DNA from: an uncultured Candidatus Saccharibacteria bacterium
Lineage (GTDB): Bacteria; Patescibacteriota; Minisyncoccia; Phycocordibacterales; Zambryskibacteraceae
NCBI GenBank assembly: GCA_964516975.1
Contig: CAZFAS010000001.1
Location: 18,823-82,822, forward strand
Length of the DNA: 64,000 nt
Direction: 5' to 3'
The notes under the pieces were generated by a model. That model made no database searches, was not told where the DNA came from, and saw only the letters and a program-made list of their open reading frames with translations. The number at the start of each line of letters is the position of its first letter. The first letter of the stretch is position 1. This document shows, in pieces, positions 36,195-48,300 of the stretch. Made by a program: the position numbers and the translations under genes.

Positions 36195-37448
36195 ATGAAA
36201 TTCTCTTACGGTTCTAGTTCTACTTCGCATCAAAATATATCTTCAGACTTACATTCTGAATTAATTTCAAAGTCGCTCGAACTCAAAAAACATGCTACAT
36301 GTACAGATTTTTCACATCCTGAGGATTTTATTTCTCTGGTAAGTGGTGGAACAGATGTTGCTTTAGCTGAAGAAATAATAAGTAAGCTCGGATCAAGTGT
36401 ACGATGGGTATTTGTTGTTGGAATTGGAGGTACTAATCTAGGTGCTGAAGCAGTATATGAAGCACTGAAGTTAACTCGAGACACGCAGTATCCGGAAGCA
36501 ATATTCTTTGATGCAATAGACGATCTGCAGATGGATGCTTTTCAAACAACTCTTGGAAAAATAGAATCAAAAGATTTATTTGTTCTCCTTATTATCAGTA
36601 AATCTGGGGAAACGCTTGAGACTTTGGCAAATGCACACATTGTAAGTAAAAAACTTGAAGAAAAATTCGGATCAATCGCAGAGAGAACTGTTGTTCTTAC
36701 GAAAGAAGGTTCACCATTGTGGAACGAAGTAGCCCCACAGACAAATAAAGTCCCTCTGAGAGATTCGATTTCTGATCGCTACTCAGTTTTTAGTGTTATC
36801 GGGCTTTTACCGTTAGGACTTCTTGGCTTCAATATTGAGCTATTCGTCTCAGGCGCAAAGAATGTGCTGACTGATTTTAGTAGCAATGAATCAAATCATG
36901 TTATCGATTCATCAGAGTTCGTGCAAAATCAATACATGCTTGGCAAAACAATTCGAGACTATTTCTTTTTTGTTCCCGAACTAGAAGTCTTAGGAAAATG
37001 GAATCGGCAATTGGTTGCGGAGAGTTTGGGTAAGGATGGCGAGGGGATACTACCCACAGTATCGATTGGCACCACAGATCTTCATTCTATGGCCCAACTG
37101 TATTTCGCTGGAAATACAAATAGGATGACCACATTTGTAGTTGTACATACAATGAATTCAAATCCTATTTCAAACACTGAGGTTATCCAAGGTGACGGTC
37201 TCGATGGTAAGAATACGGAGGTCATAGTCGATACAATTTACGAAAGCGTGAAGCGATCTTACGTAGAACATGATCTTGTATTTCAAGAAATTGCACTCGA
37301 TGGAATAAACGAGGATGCGATTGGTGAGTATATGATGAGTATGATGCTTGAAACAGTTATGGTTGCCTATGTGTGGGGTGTGAATGCATTTAACCAGCCC
37401 GCAGTGGAGGATTATAAAAATCGTGCCCATGAGTCGTTACTTTCGTAG
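36195..37448 (+). CDS. pgi: glucose-6-phosphate isomerase (short archaeal/bacterial-type PGI)
   Basis: SIS-domain signatures VFVVGIGGTNLGAEAVYEAL and LIISKSGETLETLAN. Confidence 0.7.
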   Translation: MKFSYGSSSTSHQNISSDLHSELISKSLELKKHATCTDFSHPEDFISLVSGGTDVALAEEIISKLGSSVRWVFVVGIGGTNLGAEAVYEALKLTRDTQYPEAIFFDAIDDLQMDAFQTTLGKIESKDLFVLLIISKSGETLETLANAHIVSKKLEEKFGSIAERTVVLTKEGSPLWNEVAPQTNKVPLRDSISDRYSVFSVIGLLPLGLLGFNIELFVSGAKNVLTDFSSNESNHVIDSSEFVQNQYMLGKTIRDYFFFVPELEVLGKWNRQLVAESLGKDGEGILPTVSIGTTDLHSMAQLYFAGNTNRMTTFVVVHTMNSNPISNTEVIQGDGLDGKNTEVIVDTIYESVKRSYVEHDLVFQEIALDGINEDAIGEYMMSMMLETVMVAYVWGVNAFNQPAVEDYKNRAHESLLS

Positions 37449-37460
37449 TACAATAAGAAC

Positions 37461-38297
37461 ATGAATATTTTATTTGATATTGGTGGCACTCGTACTCGAA
37501 TTGCAAAATCTCATGGTGCAGATTCTTTTGATGAACCTGTAATTTTTGAAACACCAAAAAGTTATACTGAAGGCATTGAACAGATAAAAAAAGTTATACA
37601 AAATATTGCAGGTGAAGAAAAAATCGATCTTGTTGTCGGAGGGTTTGCTGGACCTATCGATCGTAAAACTTCTACTATTATTGCAAGTCCAAATCTTCCT
37701 GATTGGGTAGAGAAGCCTTTGAAAAAGGATTTGGAAGATTTTACTCACAGTGCGGTATATCTAGAGAATGATTCTGCGATGGTAGGGCTAGGTGAAGCAT
37801 TGTATGGATCAGGTAAGGGTTTTCCTATTGTAGTGTATATCACGATAAGTACTGGAGTTGGTGGGGCTAGGATTGTGCATGGGAAAATCGACGAGCGTGT
37901 TATAGGGTTTGAACCTGGTCATCAGATTGTGGACATGGACAATAGTGTATATCCGGATAATGCAGGCCACGATCTGGAGTCTATGATTGGGGGAAGGTGG
38001 GTAGAGGCTCGTATGGGAAAAAAGGCTCACGAAATCACTGATGAGGCGTTTTGGGACACAATAGCTCGAATTTTAGCCGTTGGACTAAATAATACGATTA
38101 TGCACTGGTCTCCCGATGTAGTAGTTTTAGGGGGTTCAATGATGAAAAAGATAGGTGTTCCAATTGTGAGAGTTGAAGCACACCTAAGACAAATGGTAAA
38201 AATATATCCCGTACTTCCACCAATCGTGAAAGCTGAGTTTGAGCATGATGGGGGACTCTATGGCGCATTGGCTTATATAAAAAATTTAAAATCTTAA
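37461..38297 (+). CDS. ROK-family sugar kinase (glucokinase-like)
   Basis: N-terminal FDIGGTRTRIA, LENDSAMVGLGEALYGSGKG, GGARIVHG. Confidence 0.75.
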   Translation: MNILFDIGGTRTRIAKSHGADSFDEPVIFETPKSYTEGIEQIKKVIQNIAGEEKIDLVVGGFAGPIDRKTSTIIASPNLPDWVEKPLKKDLEDFTHSAVYLENDSAMVGLGEALYGSGKGFPIVVYITISTGVGGARIVHGKIDERVIGFEPGHQIVDMDNSVYPDNAGHDLESMIGGRWVEARMGKKAHEITDEAFWDTIARILAVGLNNTIMHWSPDVVVLGGSMMKKIGVPIVRVEAHLRQMVKIYPVLPPIVKAEFEHDGGLYGALAYIKNLKS

Positions 38298-38304
38298 AAA
38301 CAGA

Positions 38305-38532
38305 ATGCTAAAAAATTTCTTAATGAGAAAGTTAATAGAATCAAAGATGAAGGATGTTCCGAAAGAGCAACAGGAAATGATTTTCTCAATGCTTGAAAAG
38401 AACCCTGAATTTTTTGAAAAAATTGCCACCGAAATTCAAGCAAAAATTTCTGGTGGAATGGATCAAATGGAAGCAACAATGAAAGTGATGCAAGCTCACG
38501 AAGCAGAACTAAGAGCCATAGCAGGAAAGTAA
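38305..38532 (+). CDS. small helical protein (hypothetical)
   Basis: 75 aa. A bidirectional terminator follows. Confidence 0.35.
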   Translation: MLKNFLMRKLIESKMKDVPKEQQEMIFSMLEKNPEFFEKIATEIQAKISGGMDQMEATMKVMQAHEAELRAIAGK

Positions 38533-38540
38533 ATAAAACA

Positions 38541-38566
38541 AACCGCGCAAAAGCGCGGTTTTATTA
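38541..38566. terminator. bidirectional terminator (aaccgcgc aaaa gcgcggtt)
   Basis: Perfect 8-bp stem with A/T flanks. Confidence 0.6.
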
Positions 38567-38791
38567 AATGTCCATTTGAATCCGTTTACCATCATTACAA
38601 CGAAAAAGCTTTGGGTTATCACCGCCACATTGATTCAAAACTTGACGGACAAAATGTAGTGCTTTTGCATCAGGTTCATTTTGCTCTTCAGCAGTAATTG
38701 AAATTTGAACAGTTTGCAGATCCTCGCTACCGTCGGACTTTTTTATGTCACGGTAAAAGATATACGCAATTCTGTTTACAGTAGGTGGCAT
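38564..38791 (-). CDS. hypothetical 75-aa protein
   Basis: ORF only. It is convergent with the upstream genes and divergent from the giant gene. Confidence 0.3.
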   Translation of the reverse strand: MPPTVNRIAYIFYRDIKKSDGSEDLQTVQISITAEEQNEPDAKALHFVRQVLNQCGGDNPKLFRCNDGKRIQMDI

Positions 38792-39384
38792 AAAGGCCTC
38801 ATGATTTAGTTAAGAACTCACTGCAAAGAATATATCATCACGAGAATTTATGTCCAATTTTAAATTTCTAAATATATAAGTGTTGATAACTTTTTTCATA
38901 AAAATTTTAGAACTGTGTCAAAAAAAATTGAAGAGTGTAAAAGTGAAAAAACTTTTTTCTTTGAGTTGTAAAAATAGGGTATATATTTACTAAGAAATTC
39001 TTAAATATAAATAAATTCGGTTCTTAATCCGAGATGAGTGAGCGCACTTTGAGTTTCACAAATAAATATAAATTCACTACCATAAGTCACATGCAGTTAT
39101 CGCTAAATAGTAAGGTTTATAAATGTTTATATATGTTATTTTTAGTAATTCTCGATTAAACTTTTGTGAAACAAGCTATATAAAATGCATTTGATTATAT
39201 TTCGAGAAATAATTCTTAGATAATACAGTGAATTTTCCATTATGAATTATTTGCCTTTGAAAGTATTTTGTATTGTATTTTTTTGAAACAGAAATACCAC
39301 AAATTATTTTCTATAAAATTTAAAAAATTGATTCAAAATATGCTTACAAATCTGACCAAATTTAATTTACCCTCAGAGTGAATA

Positions 39385-42300
39385 TTGATACCATTTGTGT
39401 GTATGTTTTTTCGATTTTTACCAAGGCAAATTTTAAAAATATCTTCAGTATATTTTACTGTTGTTCTTGTACTTATTTTTGCAATTGCTCCACGCATAAT
39501 TTTTGCTGACGAAGCAAGTAATGTTGATGCCATTGTGACAACCGAAGTGAGTAGTGTGGTTACTTCGACCGTTCCTGAACAGCAAGGCGCGCAACAGGAG
39601 AACTCTATTGTAGATCCAGTTGTTAGTACATCAGTACCAGAGGTTGTTGGCAATGATTCAGCTACCACGTCAAATGTCGAATCAAGTTATGAGGCTGGAG
39701 ATGTTATAGCAACTTCCACATCGGAAATAGCTGTTTCAACAACAACGGATTCAACATTGCCAAATAATGTGGTGATTGATGAATCGGGATCGTCGACTCC
39801 TTCTTTCGCTGCTACTTCTACTCCGAACTCTAGTGATTCTTCTTTTGTACCGAGTCTAGATGCTGTAAGTGGCGCTTCTAGTAGTAGTGTGCCAACATCA
39901 ACGGTTCCAAGTATTGTCGAGCAAGACACACAGACAGGAAAGACTTTGACGATCTCAGCAACCCCCGAGCAAGAGCTTATTACTCCTATGGTTAATATTC
40001 CCGTAAAAACGGAGATACCAGAGATCTTTAAAATTGGTCAGGAAAACCAAATACAAGTGAAGTGGCAGAACAACGGAAATCAGGAAATGCAGTTTACTGC
40101 TCTTGATGAAGACGGAAATGGATACATTGATCATATTGAGTGGATCGTACCTCATTTATCTACGCAGACGTTTTCTATTATTTACATTTCGCATGCGCTC
40201 CAGCTTGATCCAAACAAGAATGTCATTGCTGATATTTATGACCAAGTAAAGGATAAAGATGGTACCTATGCTTATCTATCTGATAGTCAATTCGTTCGTG
40301 CGACATTTGAACATATTTTGGATAATACGAAAGATATAACATTGTATGCTAAGCCACATAATGAAGGATCATCAGTAAAGATTGAAGTATATACTTTGAA
40401 TGGTGATTTAGTTGCTGTATTCGATGCAATAGACCATGAAGGTAAGTATCGAGTATTGCTTACTAACTTGTCTACATCTACTGACACTTTTGATTTGAAA
40501 ATAATAGGCGATGTTGATATTGATCAAATTATTGATCCGGCACCAGCAACAGCTTATTGGGTTGGCGGAACGGGTAATTGGTCAGATGCTGCAAATCACT
40601 GGGCATCTTCATCTGGCGGAGCTCCTGGCGCCGGTAACGCTCCTGATGCTACGAGTAATGTAGTTTTCGATGCTTCATCAGGAGGAGCTGCGACAGTTGT
40701 CACCATTGATTCAAGCGCTACTGTTGGTTCAATGACAATTAGTGCATATACAGGCACCATTATTCAAAATGCAAATCTCACGATAACAAATTCTGGCGGT
40801 CAATCTGGAAATTATGTACAAAATTCCGCAGTTACATTTACTGCAACAAATCCTGGAACAAATACACTTACTGTCACGGGAAGTTTTGCAATTAATGCGG
40901 GAACTTTTAGAAGATACACAGGATTAGGAATTAGTTCAGATCCTTTTCTTATTTATGATGTGTATGGTTTGCAAGGAATGAAGACTTCAACTTCAAGTGC
41001 ATACAAATTAAATAATAATATTAATGCTGCTACAACTACTGGGTGGAATTCTGGTGCAGGTTTTGATCCAATCGGAAATGGATTCCCAAATACCTTCGGA
41101 GGAATTTTCGACGGTAATGGTTACACGATTAGTAACTTATTTATTAGTACTACCACATCAAGTTATGTTGGTTTGTTTGGATACATTACAAATGTCGTTA
41201 AGAATGTAAATCTTTCGAATGTTACTATCGCAGCAACAAGTACAAATGGAACAGCAGGATCAACAGGTTCATCAGGTTCTGATGGATCTGCAACATCAGC
41301 TGGAACAGCAGGTGGTGCTGGTACGGCAGGAAGTACTTTATATTTAGGAGGTATTGCTGGTTATAACACTGGAACAATTACAAATGTAAGTGTGACAGGA
41401 AGTATTACCGGTGCAGGTGGTGCTGGTGGAAATGGTGGAAATGGTGGTAATGGAGGAAATATAAATAGCGGATCAAACACTGCCGGGGCTGGAGGAAATG
41501 CGGTAAGTAATGCGGCTGCTACTGGTGGACTCGCATATGTGGGAGGAATTGTCGGGTATTCACAACAAGGAAGTATTACGACTGCCACAAGTTCGGCAAC
41601 TATTTTAGGTACTGGTGGTGCTGGCGGATCGAGTGGTAATGCAGGTAACGGTGGAAACGGATCAGTTGGGGGTGTTGGAACAGGTATTGGAGGAGCCGGT
41701 GGTGCTGCGGGAGTTGCGGGTGCAGGAAACATTGCATATGTTGGCGGACTTGTTGGCTGGGTTCAGACTGGGACGATCACTTCATCATTTGCAACTGGAA
41801 ATGTTACAGCAAAGGGAGGTGCGGGAGGTAATGCTGGTACATCGGGAACTGGAGGAAATGCTGGTGTTGGCGCTGGAGGTGCAAATATTGGTGGTATTGG
41901 AGGCGCAGGTGCGGCAGGAGGTGCAGCTGGCGCATCATATGCAGGTGGACTTGTTGGAAACAATTTAGGGACAATTCAAAATGGAAGCTTTGCAACTGGT
42001 AATGTTCAATCGATTGCAGGAACACCAGGTACAGCATCGGCAGGAAGTGCAAGTGGCGCCTCAGCTTCAGGTTCAATAGCAACTGCTGCATCAAGTGCAA
42101 CCGCAACAGGAGGAGCCGGAGGTGCAGGAGCAATAGCATATGCTGGAGGACTTGTTGCTCAAAATGGTACATCTGGAATCATAACCGGTACATCTACCAT
42201 TGTGTATGCAAGTGGAACAGTCACAGCCACTGGATCAGCGGGAAGAAATGGTGCTGCTGGTGGTGCCGGTGGTAGTGCTAGTTTAACTACATCAGGTACT

Positions 42301-45300
42301 GGAGGTGTTGGGGGTGCTGCCGGAAATGGTGGTGCGGGGGGTGCTGTATACGCAGGTGGATTAGTTGGTTTGAATGCGGGGACTGTAATTTCCGCAAGTT
42401 CAAATACTGGGCTCATCACAGTAAATGGCGGTAATGGTGGAATCGGTGGTACAGGTGGTGCAGGAGGAGCGAAGGGTTCAGCTGGTACATCAGGTGCAGG
42501 TGGCGCTTCTGGTACAGGAGGATCTGCAGCTGTTACTTCAACATACGCTGGTGGATTAGTTGGTAGTAACACTGGATTTATACAAACGGCATCTTCGACA
42601 AATGCAGTTAGTGCACAAGCTGGTACTGGCGGTGCCGGGGGAACTGGAGTGGCAGCACAAACAGGACTTGCAGGTCTTGCCGGGGGAACTGGAGGAGCTG
42701 CTGGCATACTATATATAGGAGGTATTGCGGGTAACAGTACCCTTTCAATAGCTGATAGTTATCACACTACTGGTGCTATAAATGGAACTGCGGGAAATGG
42801 AGGTGCAGCAGGAGCAGGTGGTGCCGGTGGTACATGGTCAGGAGGAACTGCTGGTGCTGCAGGAACTGCAATTATCGGAGGTGTTGTATATGCGGGAGGT
42901 ATTGTTGGAAATAATACAGGTACAACAATCATTAATTCGTATTCGACATCTGATGTTACCGGAACATCAGGAACTGGTGGTGCGGGAGCAAACGGTGGTG
43001 ATGGTTATACATTTACAGCAGGTGTGGCTGGAATTGGTGGAAGTGTCGGTTTAACAGGAGGTATTGCTTATGTTGGTGGTGTCGTTGGATATTTGAACAA
43101 TGGTGAAATTACAAATTCATATTCAACTGGGATAATTACAGCAGACGGTGGTAACGGAGGAAATGGTGGTAACGGAGGAAATGGTGGCGCTGGGTCAGCA
43201 GGAACTGGAGGAGCGGGCGGTGCTGGTGCAGCGGGTGGTGCGGGAGGAGCTGCATTCGCTGGTGGAGTTGCAGGAAATATAGTACTTGGTGTTGTTACAA
43301 ATAGTTACAATACTGGAAATGTAATTGCAATTGCAGGAAATGGCGGTAATGCAGGAAATGGCGGTAACGGAGGAAATGGTGGTACAAATTTTGCAGGTGG
43401 AACTGGAACTGTTGCCGGTGCTGGTGGCGCTGGTGCAGTTGCAACAGCAGGAGGTGTTGCTGGACAAAGTGCGGGAGTAATTCAAGCAAATTCGTATTCA
43501 ACAGGAAATGTAACTGCAACTGCAGGTAGTGCACAAGTTGGCGGAACTGGTGGTAACGGAGGTGCGTCAGCTGGAACATTTGTTGGTGCTGGAGCTGTAG
43601 GTGGTGCAGGTGGAGCGGGTGGCGCTGGTGCAATTGCATATGCTGCAGGTATTGTTGGAAACAACACAAACACTATCCAGAATTCTTATGCGGGTGGGAC
43701 AATTTTGGCGACAGCATCAGCGGGTGCAAATGGTGGCGCTGCTGGTCTTGGTGGAAGTAATGCAACAGGAGGTTCATCAAGTACTGGAGCAGCAGGTGCA
43801 AACGGTGGAGCAGGTGGAGCAGGTGCAGTTGCATACGCAGGAGGTATAGCAGGATTAAATACAGCAATAATTACAAATACATATATTGAATCTGGATCAG
43901 CAACTGCCGCTGGAGGTGCAGGTGGTGCTGGTAATACTGGAGGTGCAGGTGGAGTAGCAGGCACAGGTGCATTGGGCGCTACTGGAGGTACAGGTGGAGC
44001 AGGTGGAGCAGGAGCAATCGGTTACGCTGGTGGATTAATTGCATTTAATTCTGCAGGAACAATAAATAACTCTCATGCATTTATACTTGCAAGTTCAACT
44101 TCGGGCTCTTCGGGTAATGGTGGAACTGGTGGTGCTGGTGGTTATGCAAGCACTGGCGGAACAGGTGGTATTGGTGTTGTGGGTGCTGCAAGTTATGCAG
44201 GAGGTGCTGTTGGAATGAATACTGGAATAATAAGCAATGTATATGCAACAGGAAATGTGATTGCACGTGGTGGTGCAGGAAGCTCAAATGGTGGTGGTGG
44301 AAACGGTGGAACAAGTAGTACTTCAGCAGGAGGTGCGGGAGGTGCAGCTGGTGCTGCTACAACGAACCTCGGAGGAGTAGCATACGCTGGTGGACTTGTT
44401 GGTTTTAATTCAACAAACGGAATTATTCAAAGCGCTTCACATGCAAGTGGCAATGCGACTTCAACAGGTGGTGTTGGTGCAAGTGGTTTAACAGGCGGAT
44501 CTGGTGGTACGTCAACAGGTGCATTTACTGGAGGTGTCGGCATTGCTGGAGGTCCAGGACTTTCAGGTGGAGTTGCAGCTTCAGGGGGTTTAGTTGGATT
44601 TAATTCTGGATCTGTCGCTTCAGATTCTTATGCAAGTGGAAGTGTTTATGCAAATGGCGGTGCTGGTGGTAATGGGGGTAATGGAGGTAATGGAGGCGCG
44701 AGTGGAGCAGGTGTTGTTGGAGTTGCAGGAGTTGGTGGTGGAGTGGGACTTGCTGGAGGTGCTGCATACGCAGGAGGAGTGATTGGAAACGATAGTGTAC
44801 TTGGTACAACAATTTCAATTCCGAATACTACTGGAAGTGTGAATTCACTTGGTGGCACTGGTGGCAACGGCGGAAACGGAGGTAATGGAGGTAATGGTGG
44901 AAGTTCAACTGGTGCAATAGGAGGAGCGGGAGGAATAGCAGGTGCAGGAGGAAACGGTGGACTTGCAGCAAGTGGAGGAATCATGGGACTAAATGTTGGA
45001 GTAATCCATGATGTCACGTATACGATTACATCAATTAATGCACTTGGCGGTGTTGCTGGAACGGGTGGTACAGGAGGAAATGCTGGTGCATCAGGAAATG
45101 TTTCTGGTTCAGCGGGAGCAACTGCGGGTGCTGGTGGTGCTGGTGGAATTGGAGGTGCAACATACATTGGCGGACTTGTCGGAGACAACTCTGGTGTAAT
45201 TGTTGATTCAATAGTAATTGGAAGTTTAACTGCAACTGGTAGAAATGGTGGAAATGGTGGCGTGGGAGGTACTGGTGGAGATGGAACGTTAGGTACTGGT

Positions 45301-48300
45301 GGACATGCTGGTGGTGTGGGTGGTGCTGGTGGTAACGGTTCATCTGGTGGAGCTGTGTACATTGGAGGACTTGTTGGACAGGGAAACGGTAATATTCAAA
45401 AGTCGCAAGCAGTTGGTGGAACAATAACAGTAACTTCAGGTGGAAATGGCGGTACTGGTGGTGCGGGTGCTGCAGGAGGTGCAGGAGGTACTGGTAGTGG
45501 AAAAAATGGAGTAGGTGGAGCAGGTGGTACTGGAGGAGTTGTAGGACCTGTATACGCTGGCGGTGCTATAGGATTCAATTCATTAGTATCAGTATTAATT
45601 GATACAGTTTATTCAACGAATAATGTGTCCGTTACTGCAGGTTCAGGAGGAAATGGGGGTGCAGGTGTTGCTGGGGTAAACGGAGCAGCAGGAAGTGCAG
45701 GTGGTGGAGGGGGTGGAGGAGGTGCAGTTGGTGTTGCGGTATATGGTGGAGGACTTGAAGGATATAACTCTGGTGCTGCACAAAATATTTTTAATTCATA
45801 TGCAACTGGCAATGTTACTGTAAATGGTGGCAATGGTGGTACAGGGCAAGTTGGAGGTACAGGAGGTGCAGCAATAAGTGCAGTTGTTGGAGGTGCAGGA
45901 GGTGCAGGTGGAATTGGAGGTGCAGGAGGTTTTGCATATGGTGGTGGACTTGTTGGGTTTACAAATGCATTAGTATCAATCGCATCAACATCTGCAACAG
46001 GTAATGTCACTGTTATTGCAGGTAATGGCGGTAATGCTGGCAATGGCGGAGCAGGTGCACTTGGCGGAGCAGGTCAGGTTGGAGGTGCTGGCGGAGCAGG
46101 AGGTGCTGCTGGACTAGGTGGAGCGTCATACACCGGAGGTTTGGTTGGTCTCGTAACTTCAGGTGACATTGTAAATTCATTTTCAACTGGAATAATTCAA
46201 GGTACATCAGGTAATGGAGGTAACTCTGGCGCAGGAGGTGCTGGAGGTGCGGGAGGTTCAGGAGTGACAGGAACAATTGGTACCGCAGGAACACTTGGAG
46301 CAAATGGAGGTGTAAATTACACAGGAGGTTTAGTTGGTGATAACACCTCATCAATTGTTAGTTCATATCATAGTGGTGGTGCTATCTCTGCTACAAGTGG
46401 TAATGGTGGTAATGGTGGAGCGGGCGGTAATGGTGGAGCATCTGGAAGTATTACGAACGGTACAGCTGTTGCTGGCGGTGCAGGTGCAAACGGTGGAGTT
46501 GGCGGTGCGGTTTCTGTTGGAGGTCTTGTGGGAAGAAATGGAGTAACAGCATTATCTGCAGTTATTACGAGCTCGTATGCGACAACAAATGTTACAGCTC
46601 TTGGTGGTAACGGAGGAAATGGAGGAGTTGGAGGAAATGGAGGTGATGGATCTTCAGGTACAAATCATATTGGTGGAGTTGGCGGTGCGGGAGGAGCAGG
46701 AGGTGCTGCAGCAACTGGTCTTGCAGGATCAGTACAGGCTGGTGGACTTGTTGGTCAAAATATTTTAGGAACAATTACTGGTAGTTATGCTCAGACTGGT
46801 ACAGTAACAGCGACAGGAGGTACTGGCGGTTCAGCTGCACTAGGTGGAACTGGTGGAGTGGGAACAGGTACGGCAGTATATGGTGCTGGTGGAGCAGGTG
46901 CTGCAGGAGGCGCAGGTGGATCTGTATATGCAGGTGGACTTGTTGGTTATACAACTGGTGTTGTTGAGGGCGGATCATATTCTAAAACGACACTTAATCT
47001 ATTTGGTGGATCTGGTGCAAATGGTACAAATGGTATTACTGCAAGTGCAAATACCGGAGCTGCGGGAAGTGTTCCTGGTGGTGGAGGTGCATCTGGAATA
47101 ATTTATGCTGGTGGACTTATTGGATACACAACTTCTGATGTTGTTTCTTCTTATGCAAGCTATGATGCTGGCACGGGAAAAGGCAATATCACAGTAACTG
47201 GAGGAACTCCAGGTAATGGTGGTAATGCAGGAAGTGGTGGATCTGGTCTTGTTGCAGGTGGAGCAGGTGGTGCGGGAGCAGTAGCTACGCTTGGAACAGG
47301 AGGTGCATCATCAGGAGCATTTGTTGGAGGACTTCTTGGATTTAGCTCAGGAGTAATAACATCATCATACGCAGAATCTCTCAGTATTTCTGGAACTGAG
47401 CAGACTGGTGGAACAGGAGGTAATGGGGGAAATGGAGGTGCGGGTGTTGGAGCAAATAACGGAGGTGTTGGTGCAATTGGTGGTGCAGGTGGAGCTGGAG
47501 GTGTGAGAGGTTTCGGTGGACTTGTTGGTGATTACTTACCAACACTTGGTTCAATACAGGGTAATTCATATTCAACTGTAACAATTTCAGTAGTTAGCGG
47601 TAATGGTGGTAATGGAGGTAATGGTGGTAATGGAGGAACATCTGGTGCGAGTCAATCAAGTGGAACTGCTGCTGTTGCGGGTGTTGGTGGTGCAGGTGGA
47701 GCAGGAGCGGCTGCATATGGTGGTGGGCTCGTAGGACGTATCACAGGTACCACACAGGTTATACAAGTTGCAAATTCATACGCAAGTGGAAACGTTTCAG
47801 TTACAAGTGGTAATGGTGGTAATGGTGGTACAGGTGGAAATGGAGGAAATGGATCAACAGGAAGTTCAACTCATGCTGGAGCAGCTGGTGGACTTGGTGG
47901 AGTCGCGGGTGTTGGCGGTGAGGCAGATGCTGGCGGTCTTGTTGGGCTCAGTAACTTAACAACAGGATCCGTAGATTATATTTCTGTATATGCAACGGGT
48001 TATGCAAGTTCAACAGCAGGAAACGGTGGGACACAAGGGACTGGCGGTAATGGTGGTGCATCTGCTAGTGGTGCAGCAGGTGGAGCTGGAGGTGGAGCAG
48101 TGTTAACTCCACCAGCTGGAGGTGCGGCTTATGCAGGAGGGCTTATAGGCATAAATAGAATTACAACAACGCCAGGACAAAGTGACATAATAAATTCATA
48201 TTCAACTGGTTTAGTAAGTGCAAAGGGAGGAGTAGGTTCTATTGGGAATCAAGGAGGTAATGGTGGTACTGGAGGAACAATCGGTGGTGCAGGTGGAGCT

